Part shown: in pieces, positions 30,940 to 41,394 of the stretch | How the letters are laid out: the number at the start of each line of letters is the position of its first letter | Numbering within the stretch: the first letter of the stretch is position 1 | Assembly: GCA_032128115.1 (NCBI GenBank) | Contig: JAQBHB010000002.1 | Coordinates: 10,646-74,645 of the forward strand | Source: Deltaproteobacteria bacterium | GTDB taxonomy: Bacteria; Myxococcota_A; UBA9160; SMWR01 | Direction: 5' to 3' | DNA: 64,000 bases | Position numbers and translations under genes: made by a program | The notes under the pieces: model-generated | What the model was told of the DNA's origin: nothing | The model's input: only the letters and a program-made list of their open reading frames with translations | Databases searched by the model: none

Positions 30940-31650
30940 TCACCCCCATGGCGACCAACGCGCCGATCGAAGCAACCGACTCTCCCACCGATCGCGAACT
31001 TCGAGCGCATCGTGCATCCACCCGCCCGGCTGCTTGTACTGCTCCGGCACCTCGCGCGAAATCAAAGGCGATAGCGCCTTCGGCTTCATCACCTTCTGCC
31101 ACAGCACGATCTCGCGCCTGCGCCCGCCGCCGTGGGCGGTGCGAAAGGCGGCGTCGACGCTCAAGATCGAGGTGCCCGACGCCTTCGCCCGCGCCATCTC
31201 CGCTGAATAGTGCGAGCCCGATCGCTCCACGTAGGCCTCGAGCCGGCCCTCGTAGGGCCAGACCGTGTCCTCCATGAAGACCGACGGGTCGCGATCGGCC
31301 ACAGCCGTGGGCACCTGCGCCAGATCCACCTCCTGGAGCGGAGACCACGGCAGCGGCACCAGGATCTTGCCCGTGACGTCGTGGCGCAGGCCGTCGAGCT
31401 TCTCGGCCGCCAGAGCCAGATCGCCAGCGTCGATGCGCCGCACCAGCGCCTCGAAGGCCGCGCCGTCGCGGAGGGCGGTGATGGTGACCACGTTGTACGA
31501 GACGCCGGTGCCGTGGGCGTGGTGCAGGAAGTAGAGCAGGCGCGCGTCGCCACCCGAGCCGAGCGCCGGCCACCACTCGTCGCGGAACGCCGCCTCGAAG
31601 GCGTCTTCGTGGCGACCCATCACCTCGTGGACTTCGTGCAGGTAGAGCAT
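30940..31650 (-). CDS. NIPSNAP-like dimeric alpha/beta-barrel protein
   Basis: YLHEVHEV...RDEW; C-terminal WESRLLRSARWSP pattern. Confidence 0.55.
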   Translation of the reverse strand: MLYLHEVHEVMGRHEDAFEAAFRDEWWPALGSGGDARLLYFLHHAHGTGVSYNVVTITALRDGAAFEALVRRIDAGDLALAAEKLDGLRHDVTGKILVPLPWSPLQEVDLAQVPTAVADRDPSVFMEDTVWPYEGRLEAYVERSGSHYSAEMARAKASGTSILSVDAAFRTAHGGGRRREIVLWQKVMKPKALSPLISREVPEQYKQPGGWMHDALEVRDRWESRLLRSARWSPWG

Positions 31651-31662
31651 GCTTCTCCGTCT

Positions 31663-32819
31663 TCAGGCGGGAGAGCGGCCGAATTCCGCCAGGATCGCCG
31701 CGCGGTCGGCATCCAGCTCGGGCGCCGGCTCCCGCGTGTCGGGATCGTCGAACGCCGAGAGCTTGATGGGGTTTCCGGCCAGGCTGAGACCCCCCGGCTC
31801 CCCTCGACCCGCACCAGCATGTTGCGCGCCGCCACCTGGGGATCGCGCAGCATGGCTTCCACGTCGTTCACCGGGCCGCACGGCACACCGGCTCGCTCCA
31901 GGCACTCGAGCCACTCGACGGTGGTGGCGCCGGAGAGTGCGGCTTCCAACGAGGACCGGAGCTCATCGGCATGCTGCGTGCGCGACGGGTTGTCGGCGAA
32001 ACGGGAATCCGCGACCAGCTCGGAGCAGGCGAGGACCTCGCAGAGCCTGGCGAAGAGATCGTCGTTGCCGGCGGCGATCACCAGATATCCGTCGCGTGTG
32101 GCCAGGGCCTCGAAGGGGGTGATCGACGGGTGACGCGAGCCCAGGGGGCCCGGTATCTCGCCGGTGGCCTGGTAGCGCGCCACCGCGTTCTCGAGCGTGG
32201 CGATCTGGGCGTCCAGCATGGCCACGTCCACCTGCATGCCCTCGCCGCTCTGCACACGAGCCAGCAGCGCCGCCTGGATGCCGATCGCCGTGAACAGCCC
32301 CGCGGTGATGTCGCCCATGGAGCTCCCCACCCGGGTGGGAGGCCCGCCCGGGTGCCCGGTGAGGCTCATGATGCCGCCCATGGCCTGCACCACGATGTCG
32401 TAGGCGGGCCGCTTCGCGTAGGGGCCGCTCTGCCCGAACCCGGACGTGGACGCCATCACCAGCCGCGGGAAGCGCGCGTGCAGGGCCTCCCAGCCGTAGC
32501 CCAGGCGATCCATGACGCCGGGCCGGAAGTTCTCGGTGAGCACGTCGGCCCGCGTCAGCAGCGCCTCGAAGATGGCGCGGTCGGCAGCGTCCTTGAGATC
32601 CAGGGCGATGCTCTGCTTGCCCCGGTTCAGGGACAGGAAGTAGGCCGAGCGCCCGCGGAGGAAGGGGCCGACCCGGCGCGCGTCGTCCCCGCCGCGCGGC
32701 GACTCCACCTTGATCACTCGCGCGCCCAGATCGGCGAGCACCATGGTGCAGAACGGACCCGCGAGCACGCGGGTCAGGTCGACGACGAGAGTGCCGCTGA
32801 GCGGCCCGGCCACGGGCAT
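31663..32819 (-). pseudogene. CaiB/BaiF family III CoA-transferase with an apparent frameshift near 31795
   Basis: DLTRVLAGP, NRGKQSI and ENFRPG motifs; the conserved tail LAGNPIKLS...APELDAD is in another frame after GAGGGGAGCCGGGGGG. Confidence 0.75.
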
Positions 32820-34610
32820 TCAGCCCCTGGCGGACTTCAGCCGCTGCTCCAGCGCGTCGAGTTCTTCGAGCAGCGCCTTGGGCGCGCGGTCGCCGAACTT
32901 CGCGTAGTACTCGCGGATGCCCGGACACTCGGCCTGCCAGGCCGCCACATCCACCTGGAGCAGCTCAGCCAGGTCGTCGCCCGTGACGTCCAGACCCGAT
33001 ACGTCGAGCTCGCCCTCCGCCGGCACGTTGCCGATGGGGGTCTCGCTGGCCTTGGCCGTCCCCGCGCAGCGCTCGAAGATCCACTTGAGCACGCGGCTGT
33101 TCTCGCCGTAGCCGGGCCACAGGAAATCGCCGCCCTCGCCCTTGCGGAACCAGTTGACGTAATACACGCGCGGCAGGTCTGCGCCCGCGCGCTGGCCGAT
33201 GCGGAGCCAATGCCCCCAGTAGTCGGCCATGTTGTATCCGCAGAAGGGCAGCATGGCCATGGGATCACGGCGCAGGTCGCCCACCTTGCCGGCAGCGGCG
33301 GCGGTCTTTTCGCTGCCCATGATCGAGCCCAGGAACGTGCCGTGCTGCCAGCTGCGCGCCTCGGACACCAACGGCACGACACTCGCCCGGCGGCCGCCGA
33401 AGAGGATGGCACTGATGGGCACGCCCCTGGGATCCTCCCACTCGTCGGCGATCACCGGGCACTGGCGGGCGGGCGCCGTGAAGCGCGCGTTCGGGTGGGC
33501 CGCGGGCGTTCCGGATTCGGGCGTCCACGCGTTGCCGCGCCAGTCGGTGAGCTTCGCCGGAGGCTCATCGGTCATCTCCTCCCACCAGACGTCGCCGTCC
33601 GGCGTGAGGGCGCAGTTGGTGAAGAAGCTGTTTTCCTGGAAGCTCAGCATGGCGTTCGGATTCGATTTCATGCTGGTGCCCGGCGCCACTCCGAAGAATC
33701 CGTACTCGGGATTGATGGCGTAGAGGCGGCCGTCCTCGCCGAACTTCATCCAGGCGATGTCGTCTCCGATGGTCTCTACCTTCCAGCCTTCGATGGTGGG
33801 CTCCAGCATCGCCAGGTTGGTCTTGCCGCAAGCGCTGGGGAAGGCGGCACAGATGTACCGGGCCTCGCCCCGGGGCGACGTGATCTTGAGGATCAGCATG
33901 TGTTCGGCGAGCCAGCCCTCGTCGCGGGCCATGGCCGAGGCGATGCGGAGGGCGAAACACTTCTTGCCCAGCAGGGCGTTGCCGCCGTAGCCCGAGCCGA
34001 ACGACCAGATCTCGCGGGTCTCCGGGAAGTGCACGATGTACTTGTTGTCGGAGTTGCAGGGCCAGGGCACGTCCTTGCGCCCCTTCGCAAGGGGAGCGCC
34101 CACCGAGTGCAGACAGGGCACGAAGTCGCCATCGCCAAGCGTCTCGAGCACCTTCTTCCCCATGCGCGTCATGATGCGCATGTTCGCCACCACGTAGGGC
34201 GAGTCGCTGATCTGCACACCGATGTGTGCGATGGGCGAGCCGATGGGTCCCATGCTGAAGGGGATCACGTACATCGTCCGGCCCTTCATGCAGCCGCCGA
34301 ACAGGCCTTCGAGCGTCCGACGCATTTCGCCGGGGTCGGCCCAGTTGTTGGTGGGGCCGGCATCCACTTCTTTTTCGCTGCAGATGAAGGTTCGGCCTTC
34401 GACCCGCGCCACGTCCGCCGGGTCCGACAGGATCAGGTAGCTGTTGGGCCGCCTGGTCTCGTCGAGCTTGCGGGCGGTGCCGCTCTCGACCATGAGCTGG
34501 ATCATCTCCTCGGCTTCTTCCGGCGACCCGTCACACCAGCGGACCGCGTCCGGCTGGCACAGGGCCTCCATCCCTCGAACCCAGGATCCGAGCTTCTCGT
34601 TCTTCGTCAT
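32820..34610 (-). CDS. pckG: phosphoenolpyruvate carboxykinase (GTP)
   Basis: [30 protein letters not shown] and [11 protein letters not shown] motifs. Confidence 0.97.
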   Translation of the reverse strand: MTKNEKLGSWVRGMEALCQPDAVRWCDGSPEEAEEMIQLMVESGTARKLDETRRPNSYLILSDPADVARVEGRTFICSEKEVDAGPTNNWADPGEMRRTLEGLFGGCMKGRTMYVIPFSMGPIGSPIAHIGVQISDSPYVVANMRIMTRMGKKVLETLGDGDFVPCLHSVGAPLAKGRKDVPWPCNSDNKYIVHFPETREIWSFGSGYGGNALLGKKCFALRIASAMARDEGWLAEHMLILKITSPRGEARYICAAFPSACGKTNLAMLEPTIEGWKVETIGDDIAWMKFGEDGRLYAINPEYGFFGVAPGTSMKSNPNAMLSFQENSFFTNCALTPDGDVWWEEMTDEPPAKLTDWRGNAWTPESGTPAAHPNARFTAPARQCPVIADEWEDPRGVPISAILFGGRRASVVPLVSEARSWQHGTFLGSIMGSEKTAAAAGKVGDLRRDPMAMLPFCGYNMADYWGHWLRIGQRAGADLPRVYYVNWFRKGEGGDFLWPGYGENSRVLKWIFERCAGTAKASETPIGNVPAEGELDVSGLDVTGDDLAELLQVDVAAWQAECPGIREYYAKFGDRAPKALLEELDALEQRLKSARG

Positions 34611-34645
34611 CTCAGCGCCCCTGCGTCTCATCCGTTGGACCCCGC

Positions 34646-34683
34646 AAAAAGAAAACCGGCGTCCCCCCCGAAAAGGGGCGCCG
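34646..34683 (-). terminator. intrinsic terminator-like hairpin after the MAPEG gene
   Basis: Minus strand CGGCGCCCC-loop-GGGGACGCCG followed by GTTTTCTTTTT. Confidence 0.6.
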
Positions 34684-34710
34684 CACCGCCCGCCAGTATA
34701 AACCCCGGGC

Positions 34711-35121
34711 TCAGAAGAGGGCAACGATGGCTCCGACGAGCCCTCCCCAGGCGAGTATCAGGTTGGCCAGCAACGTGAGCCCGAAGCCGGGGCCGCGCTT
34801 GGCGGGGTTGGTGATATAGGCCCGAGCGTAGAGCGCCCGGCCCAGGATGAAGAGCAGGCCCACCGCCGCCCCGACCCGGTCGCTCACGAATGCGGAAAAC
34901 AGGAACAGGGCCGGCAGAAACACCACCAGCTGCTCCACCGTATTGCCCTGGATCCGGAGGTAGCGCTCGAACTCCGTGTTGCCGGTAGTGGCGGGGGCCG
35001 GAACGCCCAGACGCCCTCGGGCCTGCCCCGTCATGAAGACGAAGACGGTGTACTCGATCAGCGCGACGGCCGCGACGATGGACGAATATTGGAAACCCTG
35101 GAGAGGCCCTGCGAATTCCAC
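34711..35121 (-). CDS. MAPEG family membrane protein
   Basis: [19 protein letters not shown] and GRALY motifs. Confidence 0.9.
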   Translation of the reverse strand: MEFAGPLQGFQYSSIVAAVALIEYTVFVFMTGQARGRLGVPAPATTGNTEFERYLRIQGNTVEQLVVFLPALFLFSAFVSDRVGAAVGLLFILGRALYARAYITNPAKRGPGFGLTLLANLILAWGGLVGAIVALF

Positions 35122-35196
35122 GCGGTCCGCCTTGGCACAGGAAGGGCGCCAGGGGCCGTGATACCACTCCAGGGCAGCGAATGACAGAACAAACGG

Positions 35197-36060
35197 TCAG
35201 GCGCCCGAGCGCGGGCGGATCAGCCCCTCCTGGGCCATGGACACCACCAGGACCCCGTCGCGGCTGAACAGGCGCCCGGTGCTGAAGCCGCGGGCCCCGG
35301 CGGCGGCCGTGCTCTCCTGCTGGTAGAGCAGCCACCGGTCCGCGCGGAACGGGCGGTGGAACCACATGGCGTGGTCGAGCGACGCCACCTGGTGATTGTC
35401 GTCGATCCACGACACGTCGTGGGGCAACAGCGCCGTGTCCATCAGGGTGAGGTCCGAGGCGTAGGCCGCGACGCATTGGTGCAACAGCAACGAGTCGGGC
35501 AGCGCGCCGTTGCTGCGAACCCAGACCTGCATGTGGGGCGGACGCCGGCCCGGCGCCATGGGGTTGATGTCCTCCACGTAGCGCACGTCGATGGGCCGCT
35601 CGCGCTCGGCCCACACGCGCTCGGACTCGGGCAGGCTGTCGGCAAACGAGAGAACCCGGTCGCGCCAACTGGCCAGCGATTCAGGGTCGGGTGCGACCGG
35701 CATCTCGGCCTGGTGCTCGGGCCCCTTCTCGGGTTTCTGGAACGACGCCTCCAGGTGGAAGATGGCGCGGCCGTGCTGGATGGCGGTGGCGCGTCGGGTG
35801 GTGAAGCTTCGCCCGTCGCGGGTGCGATCCACCTGGTAGAGAATCGGGTGGTTCGGATCTCCCGGGCGCAGGAAATAGGAGTGGAGCGAATGGGTCTGAC
35901 CGTCCTCGACGGTGCGCCCCGCCGCCACCAGTGCCTGCCCCAACACCTGGCCCCCGAACACCCGCTGGGAGCGATCGTCCGGGCTCTTGCCCCGGAAGAG
36001 GTCTACCTCGAGGTGCTCCAGGTCGAGCAGGGCGAGCAGTTCGTCGAGGGCTTTCTGCAT
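35197..36060 (-). CDS. tesB: acyl-CoA thioesterase II
   Basis: VFGGQVLGQA, HSLHSYFLRPG, ASLDHAMWFH and QEGLIR motifs. Confidence 0.95.
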   Translation of the reverse strand: MQKALDELLALLDLEHLEVDLFRGKSPDDRSQRVFGGQVLGQALVAAGRTVEDGQTHSLHSYFLRPGDPNHPILYQVDRTRDGRSFTTRRATAIQHGRAIFHLEASFQKPEKGPEHQAEMPVAPDPESLASWRDRVLSFADSLPESERVWAERERPIDVRYVEDINPMAPGRRPPHMQVWVRSNGALPDSLLLHQCVAAYASDLTLMDTALLPHDVSWIDDNHQVASLDHAMWFHRPFRADRWLLYQQESTAAAGARGFSTGRLFSRDGVLVVSMAQEGLIRPRSGA

Positions 36061-36137
36061 GGGGCTTCGGGTTGCGACCGGCCGGGCAACACGAGCAGAT
36101 CGCGTCCACGACGGTACCCTGTGGCGGGGAGGCGCGC

Positions 36138-36755
36138 TTGTTTCGGATCCTTGCCGAAGACCTGAAGGCGGTCCAGACCAACGATCCCTCGGCGACGAGC
36201 GCGATCGAAACGCTGCTCGTGCACACTCCCCTGCACGCGATCCTGCTGTACCGGTTGGCCCACTGGCTGCACGCGGTGCTTCACGTGCCGGTGATTCCAC
36301 GCCTGATCTCGGCTGTGGGCCGCTTCTGGACGGGCGTCGAGATCCACCCGGGGGCGAAGATCGGCCGGCGCTTCTTCATCGACCACGGCACTGGCCTCGT
36401 GATCGGCGAGACCTCGGAGGTGGGCGACGACTGCGTCTTCTTCCACAACGTGACCCTGGGTGGCACCGGAAAGCACCGGGGAAAGCGCCACCCGACGGTG
36501 CGCGACAACGTGTTCATCGGAACCGGTGCGACGCTGCTGGGTCCGATCACGGTAGGGTCGAACGTGAAGATCGGAGCCAACTCGTTCATCCGCATGCACG
36601 ATGTGCCGCCCGGCTGCACGGCGGCGGGAACCCCGGCGAGAATCGTGAAGCGCGGCAACAAGCGCGTGAACGAGGAGCTTCCCCGAACGCAGATCTCGGA
36701 CGCCTCGATCCCCATTCCCCTCCCGAACGACCTTCGTGATACAAAGCCCTCGTGA
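36138..36755 (+). CDS. cysE: serine O-acetyltransferase
   Basis: TGVEIHPGA.IG..FFIDHG.G.VIGET and TLGGTG...RHP motifs; TTG start after GGGGAGG. Confidence 0.9.
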   Translation: MFRILAEDLKAVQTNDPSATSAIETLLVHTPLHAILLYRLAHWLHAVLHVPVIPRLISAVGRFWTGVEIHPGAKIGRRFFIDHGTGLVIGETSEVGDDCVFFHNVTLGGTGKHRGKRHPTVRDNVFIGTGATLLGPITVGSNVKIGANSFIRMHDVPPGCTAAGTPARIVKRGNKRVNEELPRTQISDASIPIPLPNDLRDTKPS

Positions 36756-37615
36756 ACGCGCCCGCCGAAAAACTGCGCGCCCTGCTGGAGGCTCCCGGCC
36801 TGCGGGTGATGCCCTGCTGCTTCGACGCCCTCTCGGCCCGGCTGATCGAGCGGGCCGGCTTTCCGCTCACCTTCATGAGCGGATTCGCGGTGTCGGCCAC
36901 GCGCCTGGCCCTGCCGGACACAGGCCTGATCTCCTACGGCGAGATGCTCGACCAGGGGCGCAACATCTGTTCCTCGGTCTCGATCCCGGTGATCGGAGAC
37001 GCCGACACGGGCTACGGAAACGCCCTCAATGTGAAGCGCACCGTGGAAGGCTACGCCCGGGCCGGATTCGCCTGCGCCATGATCGAAGACCAGGTGGCCC
37101 CCAAGCGCTGCGGCCACACCGAGGGCAAGCAGGTGGTGGAGCGCGACCAGGCCCTGGCCCGGGTGCGCGCGGCGGTGGACGCTCGCGACGAGGGCGCCGG
37201 CATCCTGGTCATGGCCCGCACCGACGCCCGCGCTCCCCATGGCCTGGACGAGGCCCTCTGGCGGGCCCGCGAGTTTGCGAAGCTCGGCGCCGACATCGTG
37301 TTCTGCGAAGCGCCACGCAGCGAGGCGGAAATGCAGCGCATCTGCGCCGAGGTAGACGCCCCCCAGATGGCGAACCTGGTGGAGGGCGGGAGCACCCCGG
37401 TGTTGCCGCCGGCGCGCCTGGAAGAGATCGGCTTCAAGATTGCGGCCTATCCACTGACGCTGTTGTCCGCGGCCGTGGACGCCATGCAGAGGGCCCTGGA
37501 TGCAATCGAGCGGGGAATTCCCGCCGAGCGATTGTTGGACTTCGAAAACCTGCGCGAGCTGGTAGGATTCGACCGCTACGACGCGGCGCGCTCGCGCTAC
37601 GCCGACGGAGGCTAG
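36752..37615 (+). CDS. isocitrate lyase/PEP mutase superfamily enzyme (PrpB/DMML-like)
   Basis: DADTGYG, EDQVAPKRCGH and ARTDA motifs. Confidence 0.9.
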   Translation: MNAPAEKLRALLEAPGLRVMPCCFDALSARLIERAGFPLTFMSGFAVSATRLALPDTGLISYGEMLDQGRNICSSVSIPVIGDADTGYGNALNVKRTVEGYARAGFACAMIEDQVAPKRCGHTEGKQVVERDQALARVRAAVDARDEGAGILVMARTDARAPHGLDEALWRAREFAKLGADIVFCEAPRSEAEMQRICAEVDAPQMANLVEGGSTPVLPPARLEEIGFKIAAYPLTLLSAAVDAMQRALDAIERGIPAERLLDFENLRELVGFDRYDAARSRYADGG

Positions 37616-37637
37616 CGGAGGCAAGCGGAGGCAGGAA

Positions 37638-38609
37638 ATGGGACGCGCGATCTTCGTACGCGAAAACGGCGGACCGGAAGTGCTGCAGATCGAAGCCCAC
37701 GAGGCGGCCCAGCCGGGTCCGGGCCAGGTCCGGGTACGCGTGTCTGCCGCCGGTGTCAACTTCATCGACGTCTACTTCCGCACCGGCCTGTATCCGCGAC
37801 CCGTCCCCTTCGTGGCGGGACTGGAAGGAGCCGGCGTGGTGGAGGTGGTGGGCCCGGAGGTGCGGGGGCTCGCCGTGGGCGACCGCGTCGCCTGGGCCAC
37901 GGCGCCCGGTTCCTACGCGAATCACGTGGTCGCGGCGGCCCAGAGCCTGATTGCGATCCCGAACGGCGTCACCAACGCCCAGGCCGCCGCCACCATGCTG
38001 CAGGGTATGACCGCCCACTACCTGGCCCACGGCGTACGCGAAACGCGCCCGGGCGACGTGGCCCTGGTGCACGCGGCCGCTGGCGGGACCGGGCTGCTGC
38101 TGGTGCAGACCCTGGTGGCGGCCGGTGCCACGGTGATCGGCACCTGCTCCACCGCCGAGAAGGAGGAGCTGGCCCGGGGCGCCGGGGCGAGCCACATGAT
38201 CCGGTACACGGAGCAGAGCGTGCCCGACGAGGTGCGCCGCTTCACCGATGGCGAGGGCGCCCATGTGGTGTATGACGCCGTGGGGCAGAGCACCTTCGAG
38301 GGGAGCCTGCAGTCGCTGCGGCCGCGCGGCCTGCTCGCCCTGTTCGGGCAGGCCAGCGGACCGGTGCCGCCGTTCGAGCTGCGGCGCCTGAACGACATGG
38401 GCTCACTGTTCGTCACGCGCCCGTCGCTGGCCCACTACACGGCCACGCGCGCCGAGTTCGAGATGCGCGCGTCGGAGGTTCTCGGCGCGGTGGCCAAGGG
38501 AGCCCTGCAGGTCCGGATCGGCGCCGAGTTCGCTCTCGACGAGGCGGCCGAGGCCCACAGGGCCCTGGAAGGTCGGGCGACCACCGGGAAGGTGCTGCTC
38601 TACCCCTGA
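37638..38609 (+). CDS. qor: NADPH:quinone oxidoreductase (zeta-crystallin type)
   Basis: GVNFID.YFRTG.Y, HAAAGGTG and GSLFVTRP motifs. Confidence 0.9.
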   Translation: MGRAIFVRENGGPEVLQIEAHEAAQPGPGQVRVRVSAAGVNFIDVYFRTGLYPRPVPFVAGLEGAGVVEVVGPEVRGLAVGDRVAWATAPGSYANHVVAAAQSLIAIPNGVTNAQAAATMLQGMTAHYLAHGVRETRPGDVALVHAAAGGTGLLLVQTLVAAGATVIGTCSTAEKEELARGAGASHMIRYTEQSVPDEVRRFTDGEGAHVVYDAVGQSTFEGSLQSLRPRGLLALFGQASGPVPPFELRRLNDMGSLFVTRPSLAHYTATRAEFEMRASEVLGAVAKGALQVRIGAEFALDEAAEAHRALEGRATTGKVLLYP

Positions 38610-40078
38610 CCCGGACCCGCGGTCTGGATCAACAGCTGCCGGTAGAAGCGCACCGCGTCGCCCAGGTCTGCGATCCGCATGCGCTCGTCCATGCCGTGAA
38701 CCCGGACGCGGTCGTCCACCGTGAAGGGGAAGGGCGCGAAGCGGTAGAGCGAATCGCTGACCCTGCCGTAGTGGCGGGCGTCGGTCCCCCCCAGGACCAG
38801 ATAGGGAACCACCTGCGCGTCGGGAAACACCTGACGGATGGCGCGGCGCAGACTTTCGTAGGCGGGGGTGTCCACGGGGGATACGCGACTCGGGTCGCGC
38901 GGCGTGGGTCGCGGGCTGAGTTCGATCTGCACGCGTTCGTCGTTCACGCTGCTCTTCACGTGTTCCAACACGGTCTCCACCGTGTCGCCCGGCAGGAGCC
39001 GGAAATTCACCGCGGCCCGGGCCCGACGCGGCAACACGTTTTCCTTCACGCCGCCCTCGATGATGGTGGGCGCAGTGGTGGTGCGGATCATGGCGTCCAG
39101 CGAGGGCTCGCTGGCCATGGCGATCTCGAGGAGCGGGCCAAAGAGCCACAGGTTGGCCAGCACTGCCCGGAAGGGGAACGACAGCTCGGCGCCCGCCGTC
39201 TCGAGCATCACCTTCGTAGCGCCGTCGATACGGCTGGGCATGGGGCGCCGCTGCAGCACGGCCACCGCCTCGCTCAGGATCCCCACCGCAGTCTCGCGGG
39301 GAGGCGTCGAGGAGTGACCGCCCGGGGATTCCACCACCAGATCGACGGTGGCGGAGCCCTTCTCGGCGATGCCGATCAACGCCAGTCGCGCTTCCCAGCC
39401 GGGAATCGGATCGACGGCGATGGCCCCACCCTCGTCGAGCACGTACTCGACGCGGACGCCCCGCGAGGCGAGCAGGTCGGCAATGCTGGTAGCGCCTCGG
39501 TCACCGCCCACCTCTTCGTCGTGCCCGAATGCGAGATAGACCGTGCGTTCGGGGCGGAACCCCTGTTGCAGCAGGGATTCCACCGCCTCGAGCAGGCCGA
39601 AGACGCCGCACTTGTCGTCCATGGCGCCGCGGCCCCAGACGTAGCCGTCGTCGACAAAGCCGCCGAAGGGAGGGTGGGTCCACTCCTCGGCGGTGCCGGT
39701 CTCCACCGGAACCACGTCCAGGTGCGCTGCCAGCAGTGCAGGATCCAGGTCCGGCCGGCTGCCCCGCCAGGTGTAGAGCAGACTGAGCCCCGCCACCGTC
39801 TCGAGTTCGAGCCCGGCGTGTACGGCGGGGTAGGTCTCGCGCAGGTAGTCATGGAAGCGCCGGAATTCTCCCGCGTCGAAGCGCCCGTATTCGTAGTAGG
39901 ACACGGTCTCGAAGCGGATTCCGCCGGCCATGCGCCGGGCCACGGCCGCCACGTCCACCGGAGCCGCATCGGCGGGATCGACCGCAACCCGCATCGATTC
40001 GATGCTCAGGGTGCGCAGGACGACGGTACCCACCAGGAGCAGCAGCACCGCAGCCAGACCCAGAAGAACGCGTTTCAC
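38600..40078 (-). CDS. M20 family peptidase (carboxypeptidase S/PM20D1-like)
   Basis: AHLDVVP, GRGAMDDK, HDEEVGG, GGHSS and HGMDER motifs. Confidence 0.92.
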   Translation of the reverse strand: MKRVLLGLAAVLLLLVGTVVLRTLSIESMRVAVDPADAAPVDVAAVARRMAGGIRFETVSYYEYGRFDAGEFRRFHDYLRETYPAVHAGLELETVAGLSLLYTWRGSRPDLDPALLAAHLDVVPVETGTAEEWTHPPFGGFVDDGYVWGRGAMDDKCGVFGLLEAVESLLQQGFRPERTVYLAFGHDEEVGGDRGATSIADLLASRGVRVEYVLDEGGAIAVDPIPGWEARLALIGIAEKGSATVDLVVESPGGHSSTPPRETAVGILSEAVAVLQRRPMPSRIDGATKVMLETAGAELSFPFRAVLANLWLFGPLLEIAMASEPSLDAMIRTTTAPTIIEGGVKENVLPRRARAAVNFRLLPGDTVETVLEHVKSSVNDERVQIELSPRPTPRDPSRVSPVDTPAYESLRRAIRQVFPDAQVVPYLVLGGTDARHYGRVSDSLYRFAPFPFTVDDRVRVHGMDERMRIADLGDAVRFYRQLLIQTAGPGQG

Positions 40079-40440
40079 GCGGGCGGACCTTCCTGCGCCT
40101 CGATGCGTGGCCGAGCGCGCGGCCGCCAGCGGTAGAGCACAAGCGACACCCGCCCCGCAGCGTCGAACGCTACACCCTCGCGCTCGAGCAGCTGGCGTTG
40201 CACCTGATCCCAGCCGGGCAGCGAGCGTGGACTCACCCCACCCCGGGCGTTGATCACCCGGTGCCAGGGTACGCGGGCCCCATCGTCGAGGGCGTGCAGG
40301 GCGTAACCCACCTGCCGGGCGTGCCCCGCAAGCCCCGCGAGCTGCGCCACCTGTCCATACGTGGCCACGCGTCCCCGCGGAATCCGCTGCACCACCGCGT
40401 AGATGCGGTCGTAGCTCCCCTCACCCCGTCGATCCGACAT
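40075..40440 (-). CDS. alkyltransferase-like protein (MGMT family, PWHRV type)
   Basis: IPRGRVATYGQVA, ARQVG and VPWHRVINA motifs. Confidence 0.9.
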   Translation of the reverse strand: MSDRRGEGSYDRIYAVVQRIPRGRVATYGQVAQLAGLAGHARQVGYALHALDDGARVPWHRVINARGGVSPRSLPGWDQVQRQLLEREGVAFDAAGRVSLVLYRWRPRARPRIEAQEGPPA

Positions 40441-40554
40441 CGAGCCATTGTCACCCACGGCACACCCCGGCGTCACGCGTCGTGCGCTCGCCGGAACGCC
40501 GTGATCCGCGTATCCTCGGTCGATTCCCAGCACCCAACTCCCAGGAGATTCCCC

Positions 40555-41358
40555 ATGTCCGACCCCAGGAAGGTCCCCATGTCCGACCCCGTGCTGCTCG
40601 TCGAGAAGGCCGAGGGGATCGCCACCCTCACCCTGAACCGCCCCCAGGCCATGAACGCCCTCTCGCGCGAGCTGCGCGACGCGATCTCAAACGGCTTCCG
40701 TGACCTGCAATCCGGCGGCGACGTCCGGGTGGCAATTCTCACCGGCAACGGCCGGGCCTTCTGTGCCGGCCTCGACCTGAAGGAGCTCGCCAGCACCGGC
40801 AACGACACCACCGCCAGCTTCGCAGGCGTCGACGTGATGGAGGCCATCGCCGACTTCGAGGGGCCCGTGATCGGCGCCATCAACGGCTTCGCCATCACGG
40901 GCGGTTTCGAGCTGGCGCTGGCCTGCGATCTGCTGATCGCCTCGCCGGAAGCCCGCTTCGCCGACACCCACGCGCGCGTGGGGATCCTGCCGGGCTGGGG
41001 GCTCAGCCAGAAGCTGCCGAGGCTGATCGGCATCCACCGCGCCAAGGAGCTGTCGCTGACGGGCAACTATCTCTCGGCTGCGCAGGCCGAGGCCTGGGGC
41101 CTGGTCAACCGCGTGGTTCCGGCCCCCGAGCTGCTGCCCACGTGTCGGGCACTGGCGAACGACATGCTGAGCTGCGTGCCCGAGGCGCTGCGCGGCTACA
41201 AGCGCGTGATCGACACCGGCTTCGGGACTACCTTCTCCGACGGCATGGCCTTCGAGGCAAAGGCCTCCCGCGATCACGCCCGATCGGTGACGCCGGCTAT
41301 GCTGGCCGAGCGGCGCGCCGGCGTGCAGGACCGGGGCCGCAACCAGTCCAGGAGCTGA
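40555..41358 (+). CDS. enoyl-CoA hydratase/isomerase family protein
   Basis: LNRPQAMNAL, FCAGLDL and GGFELALACD motifs; start region duplicated (ATG at 40555 and 40579). Confidence 0.92.
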   Translation: MSDPRKVPMSDPVLLVEKAEGIATLTLNRPQAMNALSRELRDAISNGFRDLQSGGDVRVAILTGNGRAFCAGLDLKELASTGNDTTASFAGVDVMEAIADFEGPVIGAINGFAITGGFELALACDLLIASPEARFADTHARVGILPGWGLSQKLPRLIGIHRAKELSLTGNYLSAAQAEAWGLVNRVVPAPELLPTCRALANDMLSCVPEALRGYKRVIDTGFGTTFSDGMAFEAKASRDHARSVTPAMLAERRAGVQDRGRNQSRS

Positions 41359-41394
41359 CACGGCGGCGCCGGCCCCATCGCCCCGGAGGACGCA

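Noticed and set aside
31971..34778. 935-aa plus-strand ORF
   Set aside because: Antisense shadow of pckG and the CoA-transferase
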